Assembly (NCBI GenBank): GCA_022564995.1
Contig: JADFKK010000003.1
Location: 3,933-67,932, forward strand
Direction of reading: 5' to 3'
DNA from: Planctomycetota bacterium
GTDB taxonomy: Bacteria; Planctomycetota; Planctomycetia; Pirellulales; JADFKK01
DNA length: 64,000 nucleotides
The notes under the pieces are model-generated. The model saw nothing but the letters and a program-made list of their open reading frames with translations, searched no databases and was not told where the DNA came from. The translations under genes and the position numbers were made by a program. The first letter of the stretch is position 1. Every line of letters begins with the position of its first letter. Positions 26,108-36,130 of the stretch are shown in pieces.

Positions 26108-27094
26108 ATGCTCGCACTCGTTACCGGCGCTGGTGGTTTTCTGGGTCGGTACATCGTCGAGCAACTGTTGGCCCGCGGAGATCGGGTGCGCGGATTCGCG
26201 CGAGGCGATTATCCTGAATTGTCGAATCAGGGCGTCCGGATGATCCGCGGCGATCTGCGCGATGCAGAAGCTGTGGCGGCGGCCTGCCGAGAGGTCGACG
26301 TCGTGTTTCACGTCGCCGGGGTGGCCGGTATCTGGGGGCCGTGGGAGCACTTTTATTCGATCAACACGCTGGGCACGCGCAACGTCGTCGATGGTTGCCG
26401 ACAGGCCGGTGTGGGGCGATTGGTTTACACGAGCAGCCCCAGCGTTACGTTCGACGAGCGAGACCAGTGTGGGGTCGACGAATCGGCGCCCTATCCGACG
26501 CGTTGGCTGTGTCACTATCCGCATTCCAAAGCATTGGCCGAGCAACAGGTGCTAGCCGCCAACGACACGGTGCTGGCAACCTGTGCGTTACGGCCGCATT
26601 TGATCTGGGGGCCGCGCGACGATCACTTGATTCCCCGGCTGCTCGCGCGGGCTCGTAGCGGCCGACTGCGCCGCGTCGGCGACGGCACCAACCTGATCGA
26701 CGTCGTTTATGTCGAAAACGCCGCGGCCGCTCATTTGCAAGCCGCCGACGCACTCTCGCCCGGCTCCCCCGTGGCCGGTCGCGCTTACTTCATCAGCCAA
26801 GGCGAGCCGGTCAACTGCTGGGCATGGATCAACGAGATTCTCGCCCTGGCCGAATTGCCGCCGGTCACGAAGAGCATCTCGGCCAAAGCCGCCTATCGGC
26901 TGGGAGCCGCGCTGGAGTGCATCTACCGCCTGCTGCGACGAACAGCCGAGCCCCCGATGACCCGCTTCCTGGCCGCCGAGTTGAGTGCCTCGCATTACTT
27001 CAACATCACCCGCGCTCGCGAAGATTTCGGCTACGCCCCAAAAATATCAACCGCCGCCGGAATGCAACGCCTGGCCAAAAACCTACATTCGTAG
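26108..27094 (+). CDS. NAD-dependent epimerase/3-beta-HSD family extended SDR (OleD-like)
   Basis: [22 protein letters not shown] (YxxSK), [11 protein letters not shown]. Confidence 0.88.
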   Translation: MLALVTGAGGFLGRYIVEQLLARGDRVRGFARGDYPELSNQGVRMIRGDLRDAEAVAAACREVDVVFHVAGVAGIWGPWEHFYSINTLGTRNVVDGCRQAGVGRLVYTSSPSVTFDERDQCGVDESAPYPTRWLCHYPHSKALAEQQVLAANDTVLATCALRPHLIWGPRDDHLIPRLLARARSGRLRRVGDGTNLIDVVYVENAAAAHLQAADALSPGSPVAGRAYFISQGEPVNCWAWINEILALAELPPVTKSISAKAAYRLGAALECIYRLLRRTAEPPMTRFLAAELSASHYFNITRAREDFGYAPKISTAAGMQRLAKNLHS

Positions 27095-27268
27095 GCCGCA
27101 TCATTACGCCTCCGTGCTCTCTAATAAAAGGGGCGGTAGCTGTCTCATTTTGCTGGCACAGAAGGCTACGCCATATCGTCGCAAGCGCGGTGTTATACTG
27201 AAGCAAAACCTGCGATGATCGACCACTCACCCGATGGCTGCAACCGACGCAACGAAAAGTCCGCCCCC

Positions 27269-28021
27269 ATGTCCAGCGAAAAAACGACTGCCATTGTGCT
27301 GCGAGTTGTGCCGTTTAGCGAAACCAGCAGCATCTTGACGCTGTTCACCCGCGACTTTGGAAAACTGGGGGCTATGGCCAAGGGGGGGCGGCGGCCGAAG
27401 GGGCCTTTCGACTCTGCTCTTGACCTACTGACGGTCTGTCGAATAGTGTTCCTCCGCAAATCGACTGGCGCCCTGGACCTGCTGACCGAAGCCAAGCTGG
27501 TACGCCGCTTTCGTCCGCCCGGACGGGATCTGTCGTGCTTGTATGCCGGTTATTACGTCGCCGAATTGCTGACGAAAATGACCGACGAGTACGATCCCCA
27601 TCCGCGGCTGTTCGACGCGGCCCAAAGCGCGCTGAAGGAATTGGCCGAGGGCGGAGCCGTCGCGTCGTTGGTGTTGCGTTTTGAGATGACGGCTCTGGTC
27701 GAGCTTGGCCATATGCCGTCGCTCGAAATGTGCGCCGAATGTGGGCAGAACGTCGAATTGTCGGGCCGCGTATGGTTCGGCCATTTGGCCGGCGGTGTGC
27801 TCTGCGGGCGATGTCGCGCCGGGCAGCGCAAGGTGGCGGTTGTCAACAGCCGCGTGCTGAAGCTGATGCAGTGTTACGCGGCCGATAACGATGCGTGGCG
27901 ACGAGCGCCGCTCGAAGGACGCGTGCGGGGCGAATTACGCGGAATCATGAATCACTACTTATCAAATCTGCTCGGCCAGGAGCCAAAAATGCACCGTTAT
28001 CTGACGGCGTTTTCGAGTTAG
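27269..28021 (+). CDS. recO: DNA repair protein RecO
   Basis: AIVLR..FSETS.I..LFTRDFGK...AKGGRR; zinc motifs CAECG and GGVLCGRC. Confidence 0.93.
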   Translation: MSSEKTTAIVLRVVPFSETSSILTLFTRDFGKLGAMAKGGRRPKGPFDSALDLLTVCRIVFLRKSTGALDLLTEAKLVRRFRPPGRDLSCLYAGYYVAELLTKMTDEYDPHPRLFDAAQSALKELAEGGAVASLVLRFEMTALVELGHMPSLEMCAECGQNVELSGRVWFGHLAGGVLCGRCRAGQRKVAVVNSRVLKLMQCYAADNDAWRRAPLEGRVRGELRGIMNHYLSNLLGQEPKMHRYLTAFSS

Positions 28022-28275
28022 GAAGAATCGTAAGTACGAAGCGTAAGTGAGGAAGAACAGTAAGTGCGAAGCGTAAGTTAGTCCCGGAGGGACGACATCA
28101 AATAGCCTGGGGCGTGAGCCCCAGGAACAATCGATAACGGAACGAAAAGCCCCGGGAGGGGCGACACTCAATGCGGCGTCGCCCGGTGTCGCCCCTCCGG
28201 GGCTTCAACATCTGTTTCGGCCACGATTTCCTGGGGCTCACGCCCCAGGCTATTTGATGTCGCCGCTCCGCGGCT
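28020..28275. repeat. 30-bp tandem duplication followed by a ~195-bp nested REP-like hairpin
   Basis: AGGAAGAA..GTAAGT.CGAAGCGTAAGT twice (28020-28079); then GACATCAAATAGCCTGGGGCGTGAGCCCCAGG ... CCTGGGGCTCACGCCCCAGGCTATTTGATGTC with an inner GGGGCGACA/TGTCGCCCC pair. Confidence 0.8.
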
Positions 28276-28335
28276 GCTGCCTCGGCTCGACCCAAAACTA
28301 AATAACGACAAGCCCTTTGACGGCAAAGGACAAGG

Positions 28336-29586
28336 ATGTCCCTCTTCAGATTTCGCAACGTGATCGGCGCGACGCTGGCGGTGGCGCTGCTGCTGGGCGC
28401 CGGCGGATGCAATAGCTTTAGTCGGCGGCCGGCCGAGGCGCCGCTATATAAAGGGCCAGGGATTGTCAGTCCGGCCGCGGTTGATCCACGCCAGACCTCC
28501 CACAACGAACCCGACGACAAGAGCGGCTACTTATTCGAGGAAGACTCCGACGTCGACGGTCCGTCGGCAGCGCCCAAATCCGCCAGCGGTTTCAAAGCCT
28601 TCTCGCCTTCGTCCATATCATCGAAAATCAAAGGATATTTCCAACCGACTCGCAGCCGCGAGCGGGCCCGCCAGCTCTTCGACGAGGCCGAACAAGCGTT
28701 TGACGCCGAGCGTTACGACAAAGCGATCGATCTGTATAGCCAGACCAGAAAACGCTGGCCCCGCTCGGCGCTCGAGCACGACGCAATGTTCCAAATTGGC
28801 GAGTCATATTACAAATCGCACCGATATCCCAAGGCGAACGAAGCCTATAAGGAGCTGCTGAAGAAATACAAGAACTCTCGCTATCTGGAAAAGGTCGTCG
28901 CCCGGCAGTTTACCATTGCCCGCTATTGGGAACAGCTTGAAGCGTGGCGCCCGGGGAGTTGGTACGCGGTGAACCTGACCGATTTCAGTCGGCCGACCCG
29001 CGATGCCGCCGGCAAAGCCCGCGCGACGTATAGCGCGGTCTACCTGAACGATCCAACGGGTCCGCTGGCGGATGACGCGATTATGGCGGTTGGCAATCAC
29101 CATTTCGTCCGCGGAGCTTATGATAAGGCCGACCATCAATACTCATTGTTGCGAACGGATCATCCCAAGAGCGAGCACGTGTATCAGGCGTATTTGCTGG
29201 GCATCCAGGTCAAGATGAAGACTTACCAGGGCCCCGACTACAACGGCACACCGCTGGACGAAGCTCAGGAGTTGTTGGACCAGCTCAAGCTGCAATTCGC
29301 CGACCGCATCGGGCGAGACGAGCAACAACGGCTGGAACACGTGCATCAGGAAATCCGTAGACAAAAGGCGTTGCGAGATTGGCACCTGGCCCAATACTAC
29401 GAGGCGAGAAAAGACTTTCGCGCCGCCCGGTCGTACTACGAAAAAATCAAGGCCGACTATCCGACGAACACGATCGCCGGGCGGGCGCAGCAGCAGATCG
29501 ACAAAATCGCCGGCGAGCCGGACAACGCCCCGGACTACGTCCCCTGGCTGACGAGGATATTCGAACCACACGAAAGGCGTCGATGA
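28336..29586 (+). CDS. bamD: Outer-membrane assembly lipoprotein BamD-like (TPR)
   Basis: Lipobox-like AGGC, TPRs with YP.A..AY..L.KKY, DPTGPLADDA, AQYYE...YP.T..A..A; recO-bamD-lptE-folP order. Confidence 0.7.
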   Translation: MSLFRFRNVIGATLAVALLLGAGGCNSFSRRPAEAPLYKGPGIVSPAAVDPRQTSHNEPDDKSGYLFEEDSDVDGPSAAPKSASGFKAFSPSSISSKIKGYFQPTRSRERARQLFDEAEQAFDAERYDKAIDLYSQTRKRWPRSALEHDAMFQIGESYYKSHRYPKANEAYKELLKKYKNSRYLEKVVARQFTIARYWEQLEAWRPGSWYAVNLTDFSRPTRDAAGKARATYSAVYLNDPTGPLADDAIMAVGNHHFVRGAYDKADHQYSLLRTDHPKSEHVYQAYLLGIQVKMKTYQGPDYNGTPLDEAQELLDQLKLQFADRIGRDEQQRLEHVHQEIRRQKALRDWHLAQYYEARKDFRAARSYYEKIKADYPTNTIAGRAQQQIDKIAGEPDNAPDYVPWLTRIFEPHERRR

Positions 29587-30377
29587 TTGATAAATTGGGT
29601 GGTATCTGCGAAATCGTTGCGTCTTCGCTTCGGCGGGGGCTGGGGCCTGGGGGCTGGGGGGAACGGAGCCGCCGTGTCTCCACGGCGGTGCAAGGTGGCA
29701 GCGCAACGTACATCGCCCTGGGGACAGGGCGGCTCCGTCCAAATCCCAAATCCCAAATCCCAAATCCCAAATCCCTAGTCCCTAGCCCCCAACTCCTAAC
29801 CCCTTCGTCCCGAGCAAACGCCACGACACCCTTCCGCCCCGCCGCCGTCTTCCTCCTGGCCACCATCGCCGCCTGCCTCACCGGCTGCTTCGGCTATCAG
29901 GTCGGCAATCACACGCTCTTTCCCCAGCACGTTCGCACGGTGAGCGTGCAGATGTTTCACTCCGACAGCTTCCGCCGTAATATCGGCGAACAACTCACCG
30001 AGGCGGTGGCCAAGGAAATCGAAAACCGCATGGACTGCAAAGTCGTCGACAGCACCGAGGCCGACGCCACGCTGGCCGGCCGAGTTGTTAGCGCCACCAA
30101 GAACGGGCTGACCGAAACCCGTAACGATGACTTGCGCGAGATCGAATACAACCTTTACATTCTGGTCGAATGGCACGTCCATGGGTCGCCCGCGGGGCCA
30201 CAAGGCGAAATGGTCGCCATCCCCTCCTCGCTGCTGGAGTTTAATCGGGCGTCGAGCCTGGTGCCCGAGGTCGGCCAGTCGATCGCCACCGCGCAGCAAA
30301 AGGCCATCGAGCGGCTGGCCCGACAGATCGTAGATCAGCTTGAGACGCCGTGGTATGCTGACGACTATGTCGAGTGA
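29583..30377 (+). CDS. lptE: LptE-like LPS-assembly lipoprotein with repeat-derived N-terminal extension
   Basis: ATGA-coupled to bamD; lipobox CLTGC-FGY; VRTV.V..F.SDSFRR...LTEAV.KEIE...ADATL.G; LARQIV..LE.PW. Confidence 0.7.
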   Translation: MIDKLGGICEIVASSLRRGLGPGGWGERSRRVSTAVQGGSATYIALGTGRLRPNPKSQIPNPKSLVPSPQLLTPSSRANATTPFRPAAVFLLATIAACLTGCFGYQVGNHTLFPQHVRTVSVQMFHSDSFRRNIGEQLTEAVAKEIENRMDCKVVDSTEADATLAGRVVSATKNGLTETRNDDLREIEYNLYILVEWHVHGSPAGPQGEMVAIPSSLLEFNRASSLVPEVGQSIATAQQKAIERLARQIVDQLETPWYADDYVE

Positions 30378-31251
30378 CGGTCCTAACTCTTGCGGACAAC
30401 CGCCGCGGCGTGCTGCATCGTGGCGGCTGCGCACGCGCCGGCTCGAACTGGCCGGCGAGCCGCTGTTGATGGGCATCGTCAACGTCACGCCCGATAGTTT
30501 CTCCGACGGCGGGCAGTTTCTCGATCCGCAAGCCGCGGTCGATCGGGCGTTGCAATTGGAAGCCGACGGGGCGGCGATCTTGGACGTCGGCGGCGAGAGC
30601 ACGCGGCCGTACAGCGAGCCAGTCAACGCGGACGAAGAGCTGCGCCGCGTGATGCCGGTCGTACAGGCACTCTGCGAACAGGCCAAGGTGCCGGTTTCCA
30701 TCGACACGTCGAAAGCCCGCATCGCCGCCGAGGCGATTGCGGCCGGGGCCGAGATCATCAACGACGTGACGGGCTTGGAGAGCGACGGAGAAATGTTGCC
30801 GCTGGCGGTCGAGAAAAAAGTCGGCGTCTGTGCGATGCACATGCAGGGCACGCCGCAAACGATGCAGGACGATCCGAGCTACGACGACGTGGTCGCGGAG
30901 ATTCACGAGTATCTGCGCCAGCGGCGCGACGCTTTATCGGCCGCGGGCATCGAACACGAGCGAATCTGTCTCGACCCGGGCATCGGCTTCGGTAAAACGC
31001 ACGAACACAACCTCACGCTGTGCCGCGAGGTCGGCCGGTTTCACGATCTCGGCTGCCCGCTGTTGGTCGGTCATTCCCGCAAAGGCTTCATCGGCAAGCT
31101 CCTCGGCGACAAAACGGCCGATCGCACCGCCGGGACGATTGGCGTGGCGCTGGTCTTGGCCAATCAGGGCGTCCAAATCATCCGCGTTCACGATGTCCGG
31201 CCGGTGCGCGAGGCGTTGTTGTTGTACGCGGCGGCTGGGGGATTATCGTAG
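30367..31251 (+). CDS. folP: Dihydropteroate synthase
   Basis: MGIVNVTPDSFSDGG, DVGGESTRP, SIDTSK, DPGIGFGK, GHSRK, IRVHDV. Confidence 0.97.
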   Translation: MSSDGPNSCGQPPRRAASWRLRTRRLELAGEPLLMGIVNVTPDSFSDGGQFLDPQAAVDRALQLEADGAAILDVGGESTRPYSEPVNADEELRRVMPVVQALCEQAKVPVSIDTSKARIAAEAIAAGAEIINDVTGLESDGEMLPLAVEKKVGVCAMHMQGTPQTMQDDPSYDDVVAEIHEYLRQRRDALSAAGIEHERICLDPGIGFGKTHEHNLTLCREVGRFHDLGCPLLVGHSRKGFIGKLLGDKTADRTAGTIGVALVLANQGVQIIRVHDVRPVREALLLYAAAGGLS

Positions 31252-31440
31252 AATTGATTCAGACATCACCGCGTCGCGAGGAACCATCGAACGCGCCGAC
31301 AGACGATTGGTAACCGAGCGACTGTTTGTTATGATTGAAGTTACTGGAAGCTTACCTGACGAGCGTTAGTCTGCCAGACGCCGTGAGTTTGGTCGTTATG
31401 CGTCGGCAATCGACACACCATGACATGGGCGGTGCTTAAC

Positions 31441-31914
31441 GTGACCAAACGTGTTTACATCGAAACGACCATTCCAAGCTACTTGGCCGCTTGGCCAAGC
31501 CGCGACCTTCTTCAAGCGGCACGGCGACAAATCACGCATGAGTGGTGGACCAACCAACGGCAGAATTACGATCTCTGTATTTCCCAAACCGTTATTGATG
31601 AGGCGGAGACCGGTGACGCCGATGCCGCAAAGAGACGAATGCCTTTCCTGCGAAATCTTCCGTTGCTCGACCTGACCGAAGCCGTTAATGATGTCGCGAA
31701 GGCGATCATGGATTCCTCCTTGCTTCCGCAAAAGGCAACACGCGACGCAGTCCACATTGCCGTCTCGTCGGTTCACAGCATCGATATTCTGTTGACTTGG
31801 AATTGCCGACACATCGCAAATGCGGCGATTATGAAAGAACTCGGCACGATCGTGTCAACATGCGGCTACGCAATGCCTATCCTTTGCACGCCTGATGAAT
31901 TGCTCGGAGATTGA
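31441..31914 (+). CDS. PIN-domain (VapC-like) protein
   Basis: VYIETTIPSYL...S..VIDE...DAVHIA...LLTWNCRHIANA...ICTP.EL-type motifs; GTG start. Confidence 0.85.
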   Translation: MTKRVYIETTIPSYLAAWPSRDLLQAARRQITHEWWTNQRQNYDLCISQTVIDEAETGDADAAKRRMPFLRNLPLLDLTEAVNDVAKAIMDSSLLPQKATRDAVHIAVSSVHSIDILLTWNCRHIANAAIMKELGTIVSTCGYAMPILCTPDELLGD

Positions 31915-31919
31915 TCGCC

Positions 31920-32099
31920 ATGGCCCAACTGAACGAAAAAGAAACAAGGGATGAGGTCGTCGAGGAAACCCGCAGGATCAAAGAGGATCTCGCGCAGTCG
32001 ATGGATTTCGACGTGGATCGCATTCTGGAAGATGCACGACAAAAACAGCAGGAAAGCGGTCGAAAGATCCTTTTGCCACCCGTCCGACAAGACGTCTAA
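31920..32099 (+). CDS. Small putative antitoxin partner of the PIN protein
   Basis: 59-aa charged protein DEVVEETRRIKEDLAQSMDFDVDRI immediately after the PIN gene. Confidence 0.65.
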   Translation: MAQLNEKETRDEVVEETRRIKEDLAQSMDFDVDRILEDARQKQQESGRKILLPPVRQDV

Positions 32100-32202
32100 A
32101 AAGGCGTTACGCCGAAATAGGCTCGCGTCGGCGGTTTTTCAACCTCGCTTCCTTCGTTCACGTTTCTTGGCTTATCGACTCAGCGACGGCCGGTCCGAAG
32201 AA

Positions 32203-32787
32203 ATGCCCGAAGACACCAACCCCTACGCCAGCCCGACGATCACGGAAGCGGCGACGCACCAAGGTCGCTCGTTTTGGCGCACCGTCGGGCGAGTCGCGCT
32301 GCTTGGCCTGCTCGGGTGTCCAATTGGCGGCGCCATTGGAGGAATCGCGGGAGGGGCGGGCGCGGCAGCGCTGGGGACGGTCTATATCGTCGCGTCTGGC
32401 GGACAGCCGAACAACACACTGCTCCTCCCTGCCGATCCCTTCCAGTTCTCAACGGGAATTATCGCCTTCGGCGCCATGCTGGGCGCCGTCTACGGAGCGA
32501 TGCTCGGCAGCTCGCTGGGCTGCCTGCTTGGGATCATCGTCGCGCTGCTGAAACACTCGCGGCGAAAAAGAGTCACTTTTTGGACGGCTGTTGTATGCGG
32601 CGTCGGCGGCGCTTTGGTCGGCGCTCTGGGCGGCGGGATTCTCGGCTCGCCAGGATCACAGGCCGCTTGGATTCCCCTCGGCATCATCATCGGCGCCATG
32701 GCCGGCTCGGCCGGCGGCATGGCGTTGGGATATGCGATGGCGTCTCTCAGGCGCTTCTGCTTTGAGCCGTCAGAACGCCACGGTTGA
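32203..32787 (+). CDS. Glycine-zipper membrane protein
   Basis: NPYASP start motif; several GxxxG-rich hydrophobic segments. Confidence 0.65.
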   Translation: MPEDTNPYASPTITEAATHQGRSFWRTVGRVALLGLLGCPIGGAIGGIAGGAGAAALGTVYIVASGGQPNNTLLLPADPFQFSTGIIAFGAMLGAVYGAMLGSSLGCLLGIIVALLKHSRRKRVTFWTAVVCGVGGALVGALGGGILGSPGSQAAWIPLGIIIGAMAGSAGGMALGYAMASLRRFCFEPSERHG

Positions 32788-33954
32788 TCCCGGCTTGAGC
32801 GCGTGCGACGGCAACGGATTTTCCTTGTCGAACACCCGCATTTGCTCCGGCTTTTCGAGCACGTTCTTGCTCTCGTCGAAGTCGCCTGTCTTGGGGTCGA
32901 CGACGCCCTTGGCATCCAGCCCGAGATGCTTGACCATGAACGGATACATCGCCTGGCGCTTCGATCGCTGGTAGCCGTGGCCTTCTTTGGGGAAGTGGGC
33001 GTTTTCGACCTGGCTCGTTTTGCCGTAGAGGCCGTAGACGTTGCGGATGTAGGGGTATTCGACCTTCGGTGTATTCTTCGTCCAATCGCCACCGACGGAT
33101 ACCAACAGCAGCGGGCGGGGAGCGGCCAGGGCGGCGATCTCGGCGTTGTTGGTCTCCAGCTCGGCCGTCTTGTGGATCGGCATCCCGCTCTCGCAATGAC
33201 AGCCACCGAAGAAATGGGCCGAGACCATCACCACCGGCACCGCCACGGCGACCCGATCGTCAACCGCCGTCAGCAGAAACGTCTGCGTGCCGCCGCCGGA
33301 GCAGCCGGTCACGCCGATTCGCTTCTTGTCGACGTCGGCCAGTGATTCGAGGAAATCGATCCCGCGGATGCTGCTCCAGGTTTGCAAAGTAAGCGCTTGC
33401 TTGTGCCCGTGATTCCAGCCCAGGTGCTCGGAATCGCCGAAGCCGATCATGTCGTAGGAAAACACCACCGCGCCCATCCGCGCCAGCGTCGCGCAGCGGT
33501 GCTGCTGATCCGCCCGCAATCGTCCGCCCGCCGGCCCGCGGGCATGTCCGTGTGGACAGAGGATGCCCGCGTGTGGCCCTTTCTTTCCCAGTGGGCGATA
33601 GAGACTACCATAAACAAAGTAACCCGGCCGGGCCTCGAAGGCGGCCGATTCGACCGTGTATCCCTCGTAAGTTCGCTTCTTGTGTACCACGGCATTGAGC
33701 GGCGTCCGCTTCGGCAAAGGATAGAGATTCGCCCCGGTGAGAATCTGCTTGCGGATATTCGCCGCCCGCGCCTTCCACTGATCGAGGTTCTTATACGTGG
33801 CGGCCATCCGCGCCAACTGCTTGACCGCATCCGCCTCGGAATGATAGTTTCCGCGGCAGAGGATCGGTTCGGCCTGCGCCTTGTCCGCGGCGGACGCGAT
33901 GGATGTGGAGGCGGCGAGTATGACCGCGACGATCAACACGAAATGTTGTTTCAT
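32770..33954 (-). CDS. Secreted alpha/beta hydrolase (acetylxylan/glucuronoyl esterase-like)
   Basis: Signal peptide, ILCPHGH, GVTGCSGGGTQT nucleophile elbow, GGCHCE, APRPLL, GGDWT, EGHGY. Confidence 0.85.
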   Translation of the reverse strand: MKQHFVLIVAVILAASTSIASAADKAQAEPILCRGNYHSEADAVKQLARMAATYKNLDQWKARAANIRKQILTGANLYPLPKRTPLNAVVHKKRTYEGYTVESAAFEARPGYFVYGSLYRPLGKKGPHAGILCPHGHARGPAGGRLRADQQHRCATLARMGAVVFSYDMIGFGDSEHLGWNHGHKQALTLQTWSSIRGIDFLESLADVDKKRIGVTGCSGGGTQTFLLTAVDDRVAVAVPVVMVSAHFFGGCHCESGMPIHKTAELETNNAEIAALAAPRPLLLVSVGGDWTKNTPKVEYPYIRNVYGLYGKTSQVENAHFPKEGHGYQRSKRQAMYPFMVKHLGLDAKGVVDPKTGDFDESKNVLEKPEQMRVFDKENPLPSHALKPGSTVAF

Positions 33955-34339
33955 GGTCGTATCCCCACCTTTGATTTTTGGAGTGGCTGGAAAACGCGCG
34001 AGGTTGTTTATAGATGCGGCGAATCTCGCCAGCATTCTAACCCAGGCGAGACCGACATGCCAATCGACCGGCGATCGACCGTGGATTCGAGGGTTCGGGC
34101 AGTATGATATCAGCCAACGTCGGACACCACTTTCCGAAAAACGAGCGTATTGCCCCCTCTGGGGCTGTTTGCAGCGCGTCATGAGATAGGCAACCTCCCC
34201 CCCATTTCAAAAAACCGACAGGGGCTATCCCAACAGACCGGGAAACGCTCGAATAGAAGAAGGGAACCACCCATGCATCACTTTGCCGTTAAACGAACAG
34301 ACATTACAAGTCCTAACAAGTCCTAAGCAGGGGCAAACC

Positions 34340-34663
34340 GTGGCGGACGTCTCTCCGACGAAAATTGAACTGACCGGCGACGATCAATTGGCGATTGATT
34401 GGAGCGACGGAGCGCGACGGGTTTATTCGTTCCGCGAGTTACGAGACGCCTGCCCCTGCGCCACTTGCCGCGAAAAGAACACCGCCGCCGAGGATCAGCC
34501 GGCCGTGCTGCTGCCGGTGCTCAGTCCCGAGGAAGCCCGCCCGCTGAAAATTGAGGGCATGGAGCCGGTCGGTGGATACGCCTATTCGATCGCCTTCAGC
34601 GACGGGCACAACACGGGCATCTATACCCTGGAGCGTCTGCGGGGGCTCGGCCACGAGGCGTAA
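34340..34663 (+). CDS. DUF971 / gamma-butyrobetaine hydroxylase N-terminal-like protein
   Basis: IDWSDG..ELRDACPCATC..VGGYAYSIAFSDGHNTGIYT. Confidence 0.88.
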   Translation: MADVSPTKIELTGDDQLAIDWSDGARRVYSFRELRDACPCATCREKNTAAEDQPAVLLPVLSPEEARPLKIEGMEPVGGYAYSIAFSDGHNTGIYTLERLRGLGHEA

Positions 34664-34797
34664 GGTTGGTAAAAGTCCCGAGCCAGGACGAATATGCACT
34701 TTTCCACACAGCGGCGACCGCTTGCCGCGTGTTTTGTGGAAATGTGCAATCCGCGAAAAACCCTTGCAGATTTCCACGCCAGACGCATCAATGTCGC

Positions 34798-34827
34798 TTG
34801 ATATCTGTTTGGCGATTCCTTTATAAT
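34798..34827 (+). promoter_or_regulatory. Sigma70-type promoter of the cold-shock gene
   Basis: TTGATA-18 bp-TATAAT, giving a ~100-nt 5' UTR. Confidence 0.6.
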
Positions 34828-34936
34828 TCGGCATCGAGAGGGGTTGTCCCCCCTGGGTTTCGACAGGCGGCGCTCGCCGAATGACTCGGCAGCGCGTCGG
34901 TCGAGTTTCGTTTCGTTTTTTTCGGGAGTGATGATC

Positions 34937-35134
34937 ATGCCGCAAGGAACCATCAAGAAGTTAGCGTCGGACAAGGGTTTCGGATTCATCCAGGGCGACT
35001 CGGGGGATCTGTTTTTCCATCATTCTTCGGTCGAAGACTCGGGGTTCGACATGTTGCAGGAAGGACAGCTCGTCGAGTTCACCGTCGGCGAGAGCCCCAA
35101 AGGTCCGCGGGCTGAGAACGTCAAGGCGGTTTAA
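34937..35134 (+). CDS. Cold-shock protein (CspA family)
   Basis: GTIKKL..DKGFGFI (RNP1), LFFHHS (RNP2), KGPRAENV. Confidence 0.95.
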   Translation: MPQGTIKKLASDKGFGFIQGDSGDLFFHHSSVEDSGFDMLQEGQLVEFTVGESPKGPRAENVKAV

Positions 35135-35272
35135 CCCGGCCGGACGTCGAGCGTTTAGGTACCATCGTGCATGAACCTCCGCCTGGTCGAGTCGTTTCGG
35201 CCAGAGGAGGATTCTCGGTGCTCCACGTGATTACCGTTCGATGCGCGTACCATCCCGTCGGCTGCCGATTCA

Positions 35273-35911
35273 CTACGCGTCTTTCACCTTAATCGGCCCG
35301 TCGATGCTCCACTCGCCGTTTTTTAGGCGGAACATTAGGGTGATGAATTTCTTTTTTCCCACGACCTTGAGATAAACCGTCGCGTCGTCGCCCGAAAAAT
35401 TCACGTGATGGCCCTTGAGATTAAACGATTCGCCATCCTTCATGTCGAGCAACTCGATGACCTCCGGATTGTTGGCCGTAACATGCTTGAGGGCCTCTTG
35501 GTACAGCCCCGGCTCGATCTCGCGGCGGCGCTGGTTGATTTGATGATTGATAATCGCCCCCCCCAGCACGACCAACAACAATATCCCCACGACGGCGCCG
35601 ACGACGATCCAAATCATCGTCGAAGACGATTGGGCCTGCCGCTGTTCGGCGTATCGCGCCGCGTAGCCGGTCTCGCTCTCGCCCTGCGCTACGGCAGCGG
35701 AGCGTGGGGCCGCCGGGGCCGCGGAAGGCGCTCGGGCCGGAGCGGGAGCAGCCGCGGGTGCGGAACTGCCAGCCGCGGCTGGAGCAGCCGCGGGCGTTCC
35801 CCCCGGCCTGACAAACTGCCGGCCGCAATGTGGGCACACCAGCAACTGGCCCGGGGCGATTCCTTGTCCAGAAATCACACCGCGACAATAAGGACAAGCG
35901 ATCTGGTTCAT
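35273..35911 (-). CDS. Zinc-ribbon single-pass membrane protein
   Basis: CPYC...CPHC, Ala/Pro linker, TM IWIVVGAVVGILLLVVLGGAII. Confidence 0.65.
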   Translation of the reverse strand: MNQIACPYCRGVISGQGIAPGQLLVCPHCGRQFVRPGGTPAAAPAAAGSSAPAAAPAPARAPSAAPAAPRSAAVAQGESETGYAARYAEQRQAQSSSTMIWIVVGAVVGILLLVVLGGAIINHQINQRRREIEPGLYQEALKHVTANNPEVIELLDMKDGESFNLKGHHVNFSGDDATVYLKVVGKKKFITLMFRLKNGEWSIDGPIKVKDA

Positions 35912-36130
35912 TGGATGGAAAATCCCAAGCAGGGATGATTCAAGAGGAGTTCGCCGAATCCACTCTATAGCCTACCATCGCCGGAACCGTTTTGCCAACA
36001 TGGACTTGCCCAGGCACGACCGCTGGCCGTGCTTTTTTTGCGTTGGTCGCATGGCGGGCGGCATGTTACTATTCTATGCACCGAGTGACACGTTTATCCG
36101 CGAGTGGTTGATTTCCTATCGAGGCGAACC

